From Podarcis filfolensis (Eukaryota), in NCBI GenBank assembly GCA_964270895.1, contig OZ185438.1: DNA of 64,000 bases; one strand, written 5' to 3'. Numbering within the stretch: position 1 is the stretch's first letter; each line of letters opens with the position of its first letter. Made by a program: the position numbers and the translations under genes. The notes beneath the pieces are model-generated. The model saw only the letters and a program-made list of their open reading frames with translations. It had not been told where the DNA came from and did not search any database. Positions 1 through 17,599 of this stretch are shown here, one piece after another.

Positions 1-580
1 TAACCACCAGCTCCCTTATTTGTTAGTGTGTGGTGTCTTCACTTTCTCACAAGAGCTGGCTTTTTTCACCTCCTAACATGCACAATGGCTATATTTTAAG
101 TCCAATTTTAGGTTCGTAGTTGACCCAGCTTCACATTACACAAAGGTACACGAATGTTTTACATCTGCCAGTTTAGATGTGTTAACAGTTAAAACAAACA
201 TATTTGATGATGATCACCTCAAGTCATTTTATTAAGTTTGACACAAGAAATATACTGTCCCTTTGGAAGAAAGGCCATTCACAATTATCACTTCCTGCTT
301 CTGTGTACTAATTAAAACTTTCCTCCCCACCATTCCATTTCTGAAGATTTGTTATGAGGACCTTCACATAAAGCTTCAGCTTTTGCATGAAGTTGGAATT
401 AATTAACTGTAACCTTTCAATTTCAGTGCAAATTTATCTGTTCTATTTTTAGTTGGCGGTAAGTGTGAGTAGCTCTCTAGTTGTAATTTAAAAATATAAA
501 TTATTGCTTGCCCAGTTCCCTGAGCTACTTTTTTGGGGAAATATAGAAGTTATTCTTAACATGTGTTTTGTCTCTTCCAG

Positions 581-715
581 AATAACCATGTGCATGGACA
601 ACCATATACAGGCCCAGCAGCACATCATATGAACAACCCTCAGCGAACTGGCCAACGAGCACAAGAAAATTATGAAGGCAGTGAAGAGGTGTCACCGCCT
701 CAGACGAAAGAATAG
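581..715 (+). CDS. USP9X: USP9X terminal coding exon (ubiquitin-specific peptidase 9X); rest of gene lies upstream of the window
   Basis: Acceptor tgttttgtctcttccAG at 579-580; phase-0 translation [44 protein letters not shown] matches the vertebrate USP9X C-terminus; TAG at 713-715. Confidence 0.96.
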
Positions 716-3700
716 TGGAAATGCACATAATTAACTTGCCCCATCAAGACTGTGCACCCAGGCCTTACAGTCCAACTTTTCTCTGTGTCTGGNNNNNNNN
801 NNNNNNNNNNNNNNNNNNNNNNNNNNNNNNNNNNNNNNNNNNNNNNNNNNNNNNNNNNNNNNNNNNNNNNNNNNNNNNNNNNNNNNNNNNNNNNNNNNNN
901 NNNNNNNNNNNNNNNNNNNNNNNNNNNNNNNNNNNNNNNNNNNNNNNNNNNNNNNNNNNNNNNNNNNNNNNNNNNNNNNNATTCTTAAGCAAGAAACATT
1001 TTTTTGTCTTGATGAGACTCACAGATCTACAACAATTAATTTCTTGATATATCCGCTGCGCTCTACAACCAGTGTTGCCTGCCTAATGGCAGTTGGATCA
1101 ACTTCTTTCCCCAAAAAAGTAAGCCTCTCCATGTCAACCAGAAAAATAGTTTCATGTTAATTCTTTGCCACTGGAGTCAATTTTACTATGAGCAACGTAA
1201 TGACTGGTAACCTTTTAATTATTTGGTTGATGTGGAAAATTGGTGATGTAACATTGTTTCTAGGTCTTTTTTCATTGCCTTTTTCATTCTGGTATTAGGT
1301 TAATCACTTTGAAGCTATAGTTAAGCTGTAACATTTAGCATGGCTTCACACCAGGTTAGTGTAGCCAGTGAGGAAAGAAAAATTACAGTTGTCCCAGAGT
1401 GACAACTGTGTTGTTCAGAGCCTATTCTTCTGCCACCTAGAATATAAAACAGGGAGGGGAGGGTTGGGCAATGTGACAAACAGGTGGTTTTCAGTTGCAC
1501 ATATGTTCCTCACATCTGATGTTTGACAGTTTTGTCTCTGGGTGGGATAAAAGAACACTTAGTTTTCAGTAATAGGAAATTAAAAGATTTAAAACAAATA
1601 TGCAAATTTTTGCTATGCCAGGATGCCTGGAGCATAATAGACTGTATTTGGTGTGCTTGTTTTGTTTCTTTGGTAGAGCTTATTTGATAAACTTCTAACA
1701 CTTTCCTTTCTACTGCATTGCAGTGAAGTGGAAGTCAACAAAATCACACAATACTTGTGAGTGCCACTGCACCAAGTTAACTTGCTGGTTTTCTGCTCGT
1801 TCACAATTCTACTTGAAAACAAGAATTGAATCTTAGCTCTTTGTCCATGATAAGAGAAATCGAAACCTTAGAAGCAGAGTTTGATTATTAAAAAAACAAA
1901 CAAACTACTGGTTAGTCAAATACAAAACTGAGGTATCTCTATTCCAGAGTAAACATTTGTTTAAGGACTTCAAGGAAGACATCAGTAAATACTGTATTTA
2001 AATTAAAATTGGTAACTTGAATGTGTGTAATTATTTTGGAATCTGTCGAAAAACCAAATACCCCTGCAAAACAGATACAGCCCACCCTATACTATTTAAA
2101 TATTTGCTGTTTTATTTTATAGAAATTATTTTGCTGAATTCACAAATAGAATTTGATTTAAGAAGACCATTTTTGTCCTGTGGTGTGTGTGTGGTTTTTT
2201 TTTTTTTTTAAACAGACTGCACAGGTAGTTGAATTCTGTGCACTATACCGAATTCTGGAACTAAAGTCGCATTGAGAATTGGTGAACAGAAATTTGACCC
2301 TTGACAAGAATAAAAAAGGAAAACTGTAATAGTTTCTTAATGTGACTATCTTGTACTTTTTGTATGTTTTATATATACATATATATTTAATGAGCACAAG
2401 CTTGAAGGTATTTTATACAATTGAGTTAATACAAAAATGCTGCTTATCAAACTGAGGATTTATAGTTGAACAAAGTGAGAAACTCACAAGTGCGTTCTTT
2501 TGCATTTAGTGTAATGAGATAGTCTTAAACCATTTTTAAATATTCTATGTAGCAGCAATCACTTTACCCTTCCAGATTTTCTCTAGTATTCATGTTAATT
2601 GTTATGTTTCTAACAGCAGTTAATTGGATTGGTTGACAACGTTTGAGTGAAACATTCCCCACGTACGTGGGTATGTTTAGTGTTGACTTAAATCAAAATA
2701 TTAGCCTGTTTTGTATTAGAGCTGCAACAGTTCATATTTCCTTAGACCAGTAATTATTGTTAAAAATGTTTTTTCAAAGACTATCTTTCTATACAGGAAC
2801 ATGGAACTTGTTACTTTGGCCTTGGAAAAATGATTAGTGTCAAGTGATTGTGAAAATACTTTTTCTTTTTCTTTCTTTTTTAAACTTACTTTCACAAGGC
2901 TATGACAAAACCCTCCTGGAGATAGTTTTCAGACAACTACTTAGGAGGTATTGCAGGTTATCTTTTCCCCCTGGAAGAGAGACTCCTGAGACTATTGCCT
3001 CTTTAAAATTAATGTGTAGCAGAAACCTGAAAAATCATTTTCTTCCTTCTTGGCAAAACGTCTCATTTATTCATTTTAAGTGAAAATGTTCTGAATAATA
3101 ATTAATGCATGCTTCTGTCAGAGTTTTGGCAGCAGTCACTTTAAAGCTGTAATGTAATACCTCAATATGAATGGCACACATTAAAACAAGTCCTCAAAGT
3201 GCCTAAAGGTTTAATTTTACTCTTCTGCTAATTATTGAATCCTAATTTTTGTTTGTAACAGCTAATGGGAAATCCCTGTCTTCCATAAAAGCAATCCATC
3301 CAACAGTAATCCTACATTTTTCCTAATCATTTGACATTAAATATATAGAAACTGATCACCCGTAGGAAAAGTTTTTAGTGTGTTTGTATCAGAATGTGTT
3401 TGTGTAAATAGTTTCCTTTGCTTACCAGAAGCAGTTCTTTGTGCAAATGAATTTTTGCCACTGACTTCAGTGAGTAAACTTTAACGTTCTGTTTTTGTGT
3501 TAGCGCTGCTAAATCACTCTAGTTAAGGAGGTATGCATGGCTACCAACTTGCTGGGTCTTCATTACATATTGTCACTTTGGGAGAGCTTTTGAATGCTGA
3601 AAGTAATGGGAGCCTCAGTTTTCATTTAAAAACTAATAGATTTTAGTGGTTGTGGAAACAAAAGTATGTCTGCAGTGTCCACTGAAGATTCAAAAAGCAA

Positions 3701-4240
3701 AAGAGAAATAAAAAGAATCCAAAATGGAATTTTAAACCTCATGATTCTTAAGCCATGTTATGTCTTTTTAAAAGGACCATGAATTTTAAAGAATTAGCTT
3801 TAGAAACACAAATATAATAATTAAATTTGCTTCCCAGTTGGATTTAAGTTGTAACTAGCAAACCTTTTCCTGGCAGTGTATTAAACTCTGGGTGTCATTA
3901 ATTCATGTCATTACTAAATTACAAAGGAAAGTAAAGAGTTGGGAGTAGAATAAGTATGCTGTTGTCCCTTTAGCTACACATTTGTATAGAAGCGAATGTT
4001 CATCACCACGGTGGTATTATCGCAAAGTGCAATTACATTTTGAACTGAATGCAAAATATTAATTTGTTGTGATGTCCATCTTTTCTAGAAGGACGTTTCC
4101 TTCATACCTCCCTTGCATTTCAGTGCAGCTTTCCTGGGACAATTTTCATAAGTTGTTCAAGAGAACCAAGAAATCTCCCGTCCCCCCCCCCCAAAGTTCT
4201 GTATTATTCATAAACATGCTGGTAACACTAGCAAATGTTA
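716..4240 (+). other. USP9X: USP9X 3'UTR (distal end uncertain)
   Basis: AT-rich, TE-free sequence after the stop; AATAAA at 2309-2314; a variant signal (ttcATAAAcatg, ~4208-4220) may mark a distal end. N-block at 793-980. Confidence 0.55.
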
Positions 4241-4550
4241 TATGGCTAAAAATTTACATTTGTTTTTCTTTCTCTGTTCAAGCAAGCTATGGTAGTATGT
4301 TTTTTTTTTTAAAAAAAGATCTTCCCAAAAAGGGAAATGCAGGATGCTAGAGAAAGTTATAGGGAAAAAGCAGTTGGGGGACGACGACACAAGCACTCTT
4401 CTTGAATGGAAATTATGGACGATAACAGAATATTGTGGCTGGCATAGTAGTGACTCCTCATGGCTGTAGATGCATCACCTCATTTACAGTAGATTAGTAG
4501 ATCTTAGGAACCACTCATTAAAGGAAATGGGTAGAAAAGAACCTCCCTGC

Positions 4551-4805
4551 TCTCCCTCCTACATCTCCAAATCACCTTTCCTGAGGGTTGAAAAACCTGG
4601 GTGGGTTATGACCTTGGGAGCTAGGGGAAAGGGGAGAATTGCCCAAGATTTTGAAGTGTCTTCAGCAAAGATGCACTTGCACGAGGTTCTGCTGCCTGAG
4701 TTGGGACAATCTCCCCGTTCCACTGTGCCATAGCCCACCCACTCAAGGAGGACCCTCCAACCCTCAGAAAAGGGTGTTGGAGAGCGTAGGGGGTGAGGAG
4801 GGAGA
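4551..4805. repeat. Imperfect foldback/inverted repeat (MITE-like)
   Basis: Arm 4551-4590 (tctccctcc..atctccaaatcacctttcctgagggttg) is the imperfect reverse complement of 4758-4805 (caaccctcagaaaagggtgttggagag..ggagggaga). Confidence 0.55.
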
Positions 4806-7800
4806 AGGACAATCCCCTTTTGTTGTTTTCCTTCCACGAGCAATTCTTAGGATCCAACCCAGTACTTTTCAGGGAAGCCCATTCACACATGTGGAAATAA
4901 GCTGCCATGTGTTAATCACACACTATAAATGTGTGTGAACTCATCTTTTGTCTTTACCATTTTCCTGTGGCTAGTAGAAGACTCTTGTTGCTTGAGTCCT
5001 TATTCGTTGAAATCCCTAAATGGACAGGGATGCATTTTATTGCGTTAAACCATTGATAGTTAAAATGTGATGAAACCCATATTCACCTTCAATTTATTTT
5101 ACACTAAGCATGGAAGAGGAGCTTGACTAGTGTCTAGAATTTTCTGTTCAATTTTGAGAACTGCATGCAGCATGAGCAGGAAGGAAAATAATTCTTTGTG
5201 ACTAGATGCTTGTGCAAACATTGTTCCTCTCCTATCTTCTCATTGTGAGTAGCTTGCTATCAGATGTCCAATGAAATATTAAATTCCAAAGGATTTACTT
5301 GCTATATTGTAGAACTGCAGCTGGGCTTTATCTGTGTTAACTATGAAAGAACCTCATTACAGCAGAAGTAGTAGATTACCTGAAGCTTTCTGTGGCATAT
5401 CTGTGCTGGCCTATGAAGACGGTTTGACTTAATGACTTGCATGATTTTGCTCAGATTATCAAAATTCACTTGTGACAAAAATTCTGTACTGCTGTGGCTT
5501 TAAACCATAGTGAATTCCTGCATGCTTAACAGCAAATACTGCAGAAGCAGGAGCACTCAGGTAAATCACAGGTGAGTTAAAAAGATGGTGCTTAAATAGT
5601 GCTAGAATACTGCAGTGGCTTAAGAGATTTTAACTACAAATCAGGATGTTCCTAGTTGCAAATTCACCTCTGCTGTATACTCACTAGGCAGACTTTTGGG
5701 TCTCAGAATTTCAGCAGCGCCCTGTGCGGTGCCAAAATTCAGCACATGCAAACTGCCTCTTGCACTCCGTTCTAAATCATAGTTGTGGAGTCCCCTGTGG
5801 TGCCCCTAAAGCGCCACACCCAGTGCAGCCAAACCAGTTGTGCTTCCCTAAATCTGCCTTTGCCCTAGGTTCCCTTAGGCAAACTACTCTCAACCTCACC
5901 TCAGGTCCCCCCAATTTTGTAATGGGTTGGATAATAAAACTGATTTGGCTCAGTGTTGTAAGGATTACAGCTAGATTATGTTTGAAGCACTTTGAATGCT
6001 TGAAAGTTATATACAAAAGTTAGCTATTATCCTTCAGAGAAATAATTCGTTTTGGAATGTGGTGTTCCTATGCGTCTTGTCAATGTATGATACTGACCAT
6101 CAGCAATGCACTATTCTGTCTTAATTCAAAGTGTTAACCTTCCAATTAGCAGTTTTTCTATCATCGTCACACGTTTGCTCCACACATTCCCTGCCTTGCA
6201 AATACATTAGCGTGAACAAAATTATTGGCACATCGATCAGTTACAGATAGGTAGCAGAAATGCCTGGGGTTACTCCTGTCTGGGCAATGGGCAAGCAGCT
6301 ATACAGCCAACAGTGATCCCCATGACTGAAACAAGTATATTTGCTCAAGCACAAGAACTGACTTGTTCACACGTAGAGCATAATGTTTTAATGTGTGGGA
6401 TTTCTATTGTTTGTTAGTTGTATCAAGCATTTTTTTGGAAGTGATTATGGAGTTTATTAAGCAGCATATGTGATAAGCCAGCCAAAGGTTTATCTCCTCT
6501 TATCTACCATGATCATATTGGAAACTTTCTCATATCTAACTGGTACTGCCTAATTTTCAAACCACCTCTAAGAAATTGATATATTTGCAGAATTGTATTG
6601 TGCTAATTATTGGATCAAATGGGTTGGCATACCTATATTTTGCTACTTACTACTTTGAACAGATGTTTAAAAATTCTGTTTTTCTGTTGCATTGGTTGTT
6701 CCTTGGGGTAAGCTTCCTAGTTTATCAGCTTAATTCCTGCTGCACCTCAATTCCTCAAAACAAGTTCCCTTCAGTGCTAAAGGTTCTGTGTGTGTTACTC
6801 CACATTTGATTCCTCTGCCTATACTTGCCACCTCATTATGTACTTTTATTTTGTTCTTGGACATGCTTTCTTGCTCGGTACATAATTATTAATTTTTTCT
6901 TTCTTCAATGTATGAATCTCACAAATTAACTTCTAGTTTTCTTCTAGAAGATTGTTTAGGTGAATTAAAAACTAAGAATGTTTTGAACTAAACATTTTCA
7001 AAGAAAGGCACATAAGCAGGGATGATAAGAGTTATATAAATTTATGCTTAGTGTGAAGGAAGTACATAGCAAAGTTTTTCTCCCTCATAATTTTGGAAAC
7101 TGATTCAAGATGGGTAATGTCCACCCATATCTCCTAATAATGACTAATACCTGGGGTTCTGTCTGCACTATATTTTTAAAGTACCTTTCCCCTCTTAAAG
7201 AATTCTGGGCACTGTAGTTTGTTAAGGGTTGCTGGAAATTGTATTGGGGTAAACTACAGTGCTCCAAACCCTCTGAGAAACCATGTGCTTAGAATGTGCT
7301 TTAATGGTGGTGTGAGCACACAGAGCTGGTATTCATCTGAATGTTGGATGCTGGTAAGAGCAGGAGAGTGCTGTTGCGTTCATGACCTAATTGTCGGCAT
7401 CCCAAAGGCATCTGGTTGACCACAGAGAAATGGGAACCTGCACTAGATAGGCCTTTGGTCTCATGCAGCAGGGCTCTTGCTGTCTTACATTTTAGGTCCT
7501 TGCTCAGCAATTAATTCCCCTGCGAGATCAGTTTCACACAGGAGTAAGCGGGTTAAGTTTCAATCCCTACCCCATTAAGTGGCTGCTAGCCAGTTCTGTT
7601 GCCACAAATGGCATTTCTTCCAGAGATACTTTACCTCTTAGGGTGGTAACACTAGGCTGGCAGCACCTTTCAGAACCAAATGCTGATTCCTGTATTATGT
7701 TGACCTTAGTGATCAAGGCAGAAAGAGTCTAGTTGGAAAGAGGAAAAGTTAGCATATACTTCCCCCAATTTAACAATTTTGGTAATCCTTGTTTCATCTG

Positions 7801-9154
7801 TTAAGACTGCTGTTGCTTAATATACTGGCCCTTCATAGGCTAATATCCAGCTTAGTGCGTAACCATATGCTCTGGCCAGCAATGGCAGGGCTTGATGGAA
7901 CAGCACAGCCCCAGAACTTGTGCCAGCCAGAGTGGAGGGGAAATGCTCCCAGTGCAACAAAGGCCAAAAATGAGTCAATGCCATCCAGTAGATCCAGTGC
8001 TGGCTTTCCCCCATAACACCCCATTTCAGGGCTTCCTGCTGACTACCAATGGGAGAGGCTGCTGGGTGGTGCAAGGGGGTCCTTGCCTGCGGGGCTGGGC
8101 AGAGGGATACGTTTGTACCACCCAAACTCCTTCCACTATAGCAGATCAGGGGCTTGGATTTCTCTGTAAATTATGCTTGGGGTAGATCTGTTGAAATCAG
8201 TGCACTTTGTTAAGTCCCTTGATTTCCATGAGTCTTATTCTGAGTGTGACTAATGTCAAAACTTACATGGCCAATTCACCATGAGTTTCCTGTTAGTCCT
8301 ATTAGGACTGAGAAATTTGTTCCAGCTATGGAAAGTATTCTTCTTCTCTGTCTAGAGATAAACGAGCTAAGCTTAACCCACAATTCTGTAGCCACCTCTG
8401 TAAGAATTGTATATTGTAAATGCTACTGACACATTTTTCATTTCTAATATTGCATTTGTTTTGGCCATGTTACTTTGATTCCGCTGCAGCCCACTTTCAA
8501 TTGTATTTTGAGTATTTCTAAGCATTAATTACAATTGAGAGTCGCCATTACCACAAGCAAGCATTAGGGGGAAAGACAATAGAGGGGAAATTTAGTTAAG
8601 TGTGACAGGCCTTTTACTAGACTAATACTGACTTTCTTGCATGTTACAAACTTACAAAAACTGTACATTGTGGTGGTGGAGCAGCTATTTCAATGTGTAA
8701 GCCTATTCTGAAATACTTAATAGCTTTTAGTATATCTCTGCTTCACCATCACCAGCCCCCTGCAAGTATATTCAAATTACACTTTATGTCACCACAAGCG
8801 TCAACTACTATTTTGCATTTGAACTAAATTTAAAGTTTTCAGAAATTCATAATTTTAAATTCAACATAGATCTATGGGGAATATGAAAACTTAGAAACTC
8901 TCTGTATCTGCCATTTTTATGCAGAAGTATTGGTTTGCAAGACATACTGTAGATGGTTTCTAGTTCAGCACTTTCTGAAACTAGTCCACTACTAACTTGC
9001 AAGATTAGTCTTATGTTTAAGGGGAAAGTTCATTTATTATGTACATTGATGTCTAGCTACTTTAATGCAGTTGAGCTTTATGCTGATCTACAGGAATGCT
9101 GGAAATTTGGTTTCAATTTATTGTGGTTTACTTCAAAGTGTATTTTCAACTGTA

Positions 9155-9507
9155 CAGGTACCCCTGACCATTAGGTCCAGTCGCAGACAACTCGGGGGTT
9201 ACACACTCATCTCACTCTATAGGCCGAGGGAGCCAGCGTTTGTCTGCAGACAGCTTCTGGGTCATGTGACCAGCATGACTAAACCGCTTCTGGCAAACCA
9301 GAGCAGCTCACAGAAACGGTGTTTGCTTTCCCGCTGGAGCAGTACCTATTTATCTACTTGCACTTCAATGTGCTTTTGAACTGCTAGATGGGCAGGAGCT
9401 GGGACCGAACAACGGGAGCTCACCCCGTCGCAGGGATTCAAACTGCCGACCTTCTGATCGGCAAGCCCTAGGCTCTATGGTTTAGACCACAGTGCCACCC
9501 GCGTCCC
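9155..9507 (-). mobile_element. Sauria SINE, near full length
   Basis: Reverse complement starts gggacgcgggtggcactgtggtctaaacc (tRNA-like A box), has a B-box-like gtttgaatcc, central ctagcagttcaaaagcac..gtagataaataggtac, and ends ggacctaatggtcaggggtacc. Confidence 0.92.
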
Positions 9508-9880
9508 TTCAACTCTATACTTCAATATAAATTAAGGATTGCATGTACTATCACACTAAGGAGATTAGTAGAAACTACTACTTGCTGTAGAAACTATTTG
9601 CAGTTTCTTAACTTTCTGCTCTAGAATGCTTTGTGCCTCATGATTGAAAGCAGCCCTTTTTATGGGAAAGCAATGTTTTAGGAATAAGTTGCTTTTCAGG
9701 ATTTCCCCCGGTTGGTTAATTCTGTGAAATAATTTTGGTCCCTGTAATTTTAGTTTTCTCTCCAATGTTCATATACTGGACAGAGCAACACGTCACTGGA
9801 CCCTTGTAGCAAAATTCACGACCGGTATACCACTCTGGGCTGCTATTCTAACACAAGAGCAGTTGCAGCGAACAATCATA

Positions 9881-10068
9881 CAGTGGTACCTCGGGTTACA
9901 GACGCTTCAGGTTACAGACTCCGCTAACCCAGGATGAGAACAGAAATTGTGCGGTGGCGGCAGCAGCGGGAAGCCCCATTAGCTAAAGTGGTACCTCGGG
10001 TTAAGGACAGTTTCAGGTTAAGAACAGACCTCCAGAACGAATTAAGTTCTTAACCCGAGGTACCACTG
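9881..10068. mobile_element. Tc1/mariner-type MITE
   Basis: TIRs cagtggtacctcgggtta / taacccgaggtaccactg, flanked by TA at 9879-9880 and 9069-type TA at 10069-10070. Confidence 0.9.
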
Positions 10069-12190
10069 TACACCTGTAGGCTGTCTCAAGTGTCCTACAT
10101 ATGGTGAAAATCATTATATTCTTCTAGGTTGTACCGGTATTGTTAATCTAATCTATTGCTGCATGCTACCTACCTTTTCATAGAGTTTATAATTGTTTCA
10201 TGGGTTATAAGTCTGGCCAAGACTAACATTTTTGAGAGCTCTACAGCTTTCAGGCTGTCAGCAGGACATCCCCCAAAATATTTTAATTCATTTTTCTTTA
10301 AATACATGTATTATGTGTATATTGAATATTGAATATTGGACAATACTAAAATCACAAGTAACTGATAGGATTAGTCTCTAGCTGCACCTAGCAGCAGTTT
10401 TTAAACTATATAGCCAACGTGTTGACTTTTCCTGCACTGCTAGTTTACTTCTAATTAAGCAATCCTCATTCTTAGCTCAACGATTCCTTTCAAGATTGTT
10501 CTTCACTAACAGTTACATATCCAGTGGTAAATGATGTGTAAATTATAGGCCAGCAGACCATAGCTTCCCCGCACCTTGCTCTTGAGTAGCTGTGCACTTA
10601 CAAATGCAAGCAGTAGTTTTCCAATTGCTGTACATCTAGGAAAAGCCACACCTGCTTCTGAGACTTACTGGGTTGCTCATTAAAACAATTTGTGCTCACA
10701 CAGCTTTGCTCCATACATATGTAAGGCAGTTGCCTGTTATTTTCAGATAGTGTGCTCTCTACCATGTGTATTCTAAAGGTTTGTTAAGCTATATAGTTCT
10801 TGAAAGGAAATGAGAAAACTCTGTTGCCTGTGACATCATTAAGAGTACATGTCATTAGCCCAGCTTCAAAAACATTCCAATTTTTGTTTTCCAGTTAGCA
10901 GCACTTGTGTATATTTCTTACATGCTTCAACTCCCTTTTGTGAAAGCCGCCTTCTCTCCACCTCGTTTATCAGCAAAATACAGCATGCTCGTGATAACAT
11001 CATGCAAAGCAAGAAGTCTGTTAAGTGTCTAGAAAATGTATGCTCCCACAGCGTTGCTTTTACTATCCGTGGTCCTCTGAAAACTATTCCATCTACTAAA
11101 CACTGAAACTTGTTTTCTCTATATTTGCACAATGTACTTAGGGCACCGATAAATCCTTATGCTATTTACATGGTATGGGGCAAAGCAGACTACAGAACAG
11201 GAGTTCACTCCAGTCTTTTCATTAAATGGAAAGCAGGAACTTCTACTTCCACCTGCTGTAGCAATCTTTCTCATGTTGTGCTGCTGCTGTAAGAGCCGTC
11301 ACAAGAAAAAAGGAGGGAAAGCTGGAAAATATATTGTATAAGCAGTATCCTTAACTCTGGATGCAGTCATTTGAGCCATGTTCCAAGAAGCCCAAAATGA
11401 CATTCTAGGGAAACTGATGTACCATCAAAACATCTCTCCACTATTTGGATATGGGCTGCTTGGACTATCCCTCTTTCCTTGAACAGCTGACCATGTCAAA
11501 CGGCTTTTGGAGGGAGATGTACCCTCCTCCCAAGTTTGCCAAAAGACCCTTGCGTGCAGCTGCATAGTTTGGTCCTTATTAAACAGGCTTCTTTAAGACA
11601 AAATTGGGCTTTTGTATCCAACACTGCAAACCGTTCTGCTCATGCAACAGGACTTCTTCCACTTGTGTGTACCCCCAACCCTCTGGAGAAATTTATAGTG
11701 TGCCAGGGAGCAAAGGGGAGAGGAAGGTCCTATTACACAAGCAGAACATTTTAAGTGCCTTAAACATACCTAACATTTTGTTCAGCATTATGGAACTGTT
11801 TAAAGGATTCTATTTTGCCATTAATCTAAGCATATCACTCTCTTTCTACTCCCATTTGACATGTCTTTGCTATATAGCAAAGTGTAAGAATGTTGCATTA
11901 TGTACTAAGAACCAAGTTTGAGATCTTGCCTTCCTGAAGCTTGATGAAAGAGAACAAGAGACCTGCTGGATCAGATGAAAGGCCCAAAGTCCCGCTTCCT
12001 GTTCTCAAATTGGTCTACCAGATACTTGAGCTATCTGGACAACTTCATACACAATCTAAAACAGTTCCTTTGTAAGGTGATTAAAATTTCAGGACCATTT
12101 ACACATGTATAAAATGTTTAGACAAACTGTTAAAACTAAAAAGAAAATGCCTCTCACACACATTGTACCAGTTTTGAACAAAAGGTGGCA

Positions 12191-12196
12191 TTTATT
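12191..12196 (-). terminator. RPL8: RPL8 polyadenylation signal AATAAA
   Basis: tttatt on + at 12191-12196, ~30 nt past the TAA stop on the minus strand. Confidence 0.85.
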
Positions 12197-12223
12197 TCTT
12201 TATGAATATATTGAACTGAATAT

Positions 12224-16975
<4,752 letters not shown>

Positions 16976-17599
16976 TTATTAGGATGCTTATTTAGAAAAT
17001 GCAGCTGTCTCTAGTGTAGAAAGATTCTTTAGTATGGGTCTCTATCCCACCCATCTTTCAGTTTAAAACACTTTCAGTATCTAGTGTGCTTGTTTTCTAT
17101 ATCACAAGTATTTTAACTGTATTTCTAGATCTCACACACAGTGTTCCTATCAATCTAATGCACTATTTATGGTTTCTCAAAGCCCTCTCAAATGCCAAAG
17201 TTTGGGAGTGCAGCTTTTTTGTATGGGAACTTGCTTTCTCCTCTATAGTCATGGTCTCACACAGCACAGTACAGGTTAAACACACACAAACACATACCCC
17301 AATGTTTTTATGTCCTTTTGAAAGTTTTTCAATGAAAATGTTTGCAACTCATACAGTACTGCTTTCTGCACCAAGTTATTCTTGGTATATGGACCTCAAG
17401 CTTAAAAACTTGCAATATGAAAGTTAGCTTATTTAAAAAATGCAACAGGGCCTTTGACTAAAACGGAGTAGAAGAAAAATATTTGTGACAGCAGGAGTTT
17501 CATATATCTTAAGAATCCTCTAACTGTGTTATTCTATTCTGTTCTGAGGGATCGCCCTGAATGGCTGCCGTTACAGACATTTTTTAAAACACAAAATCA

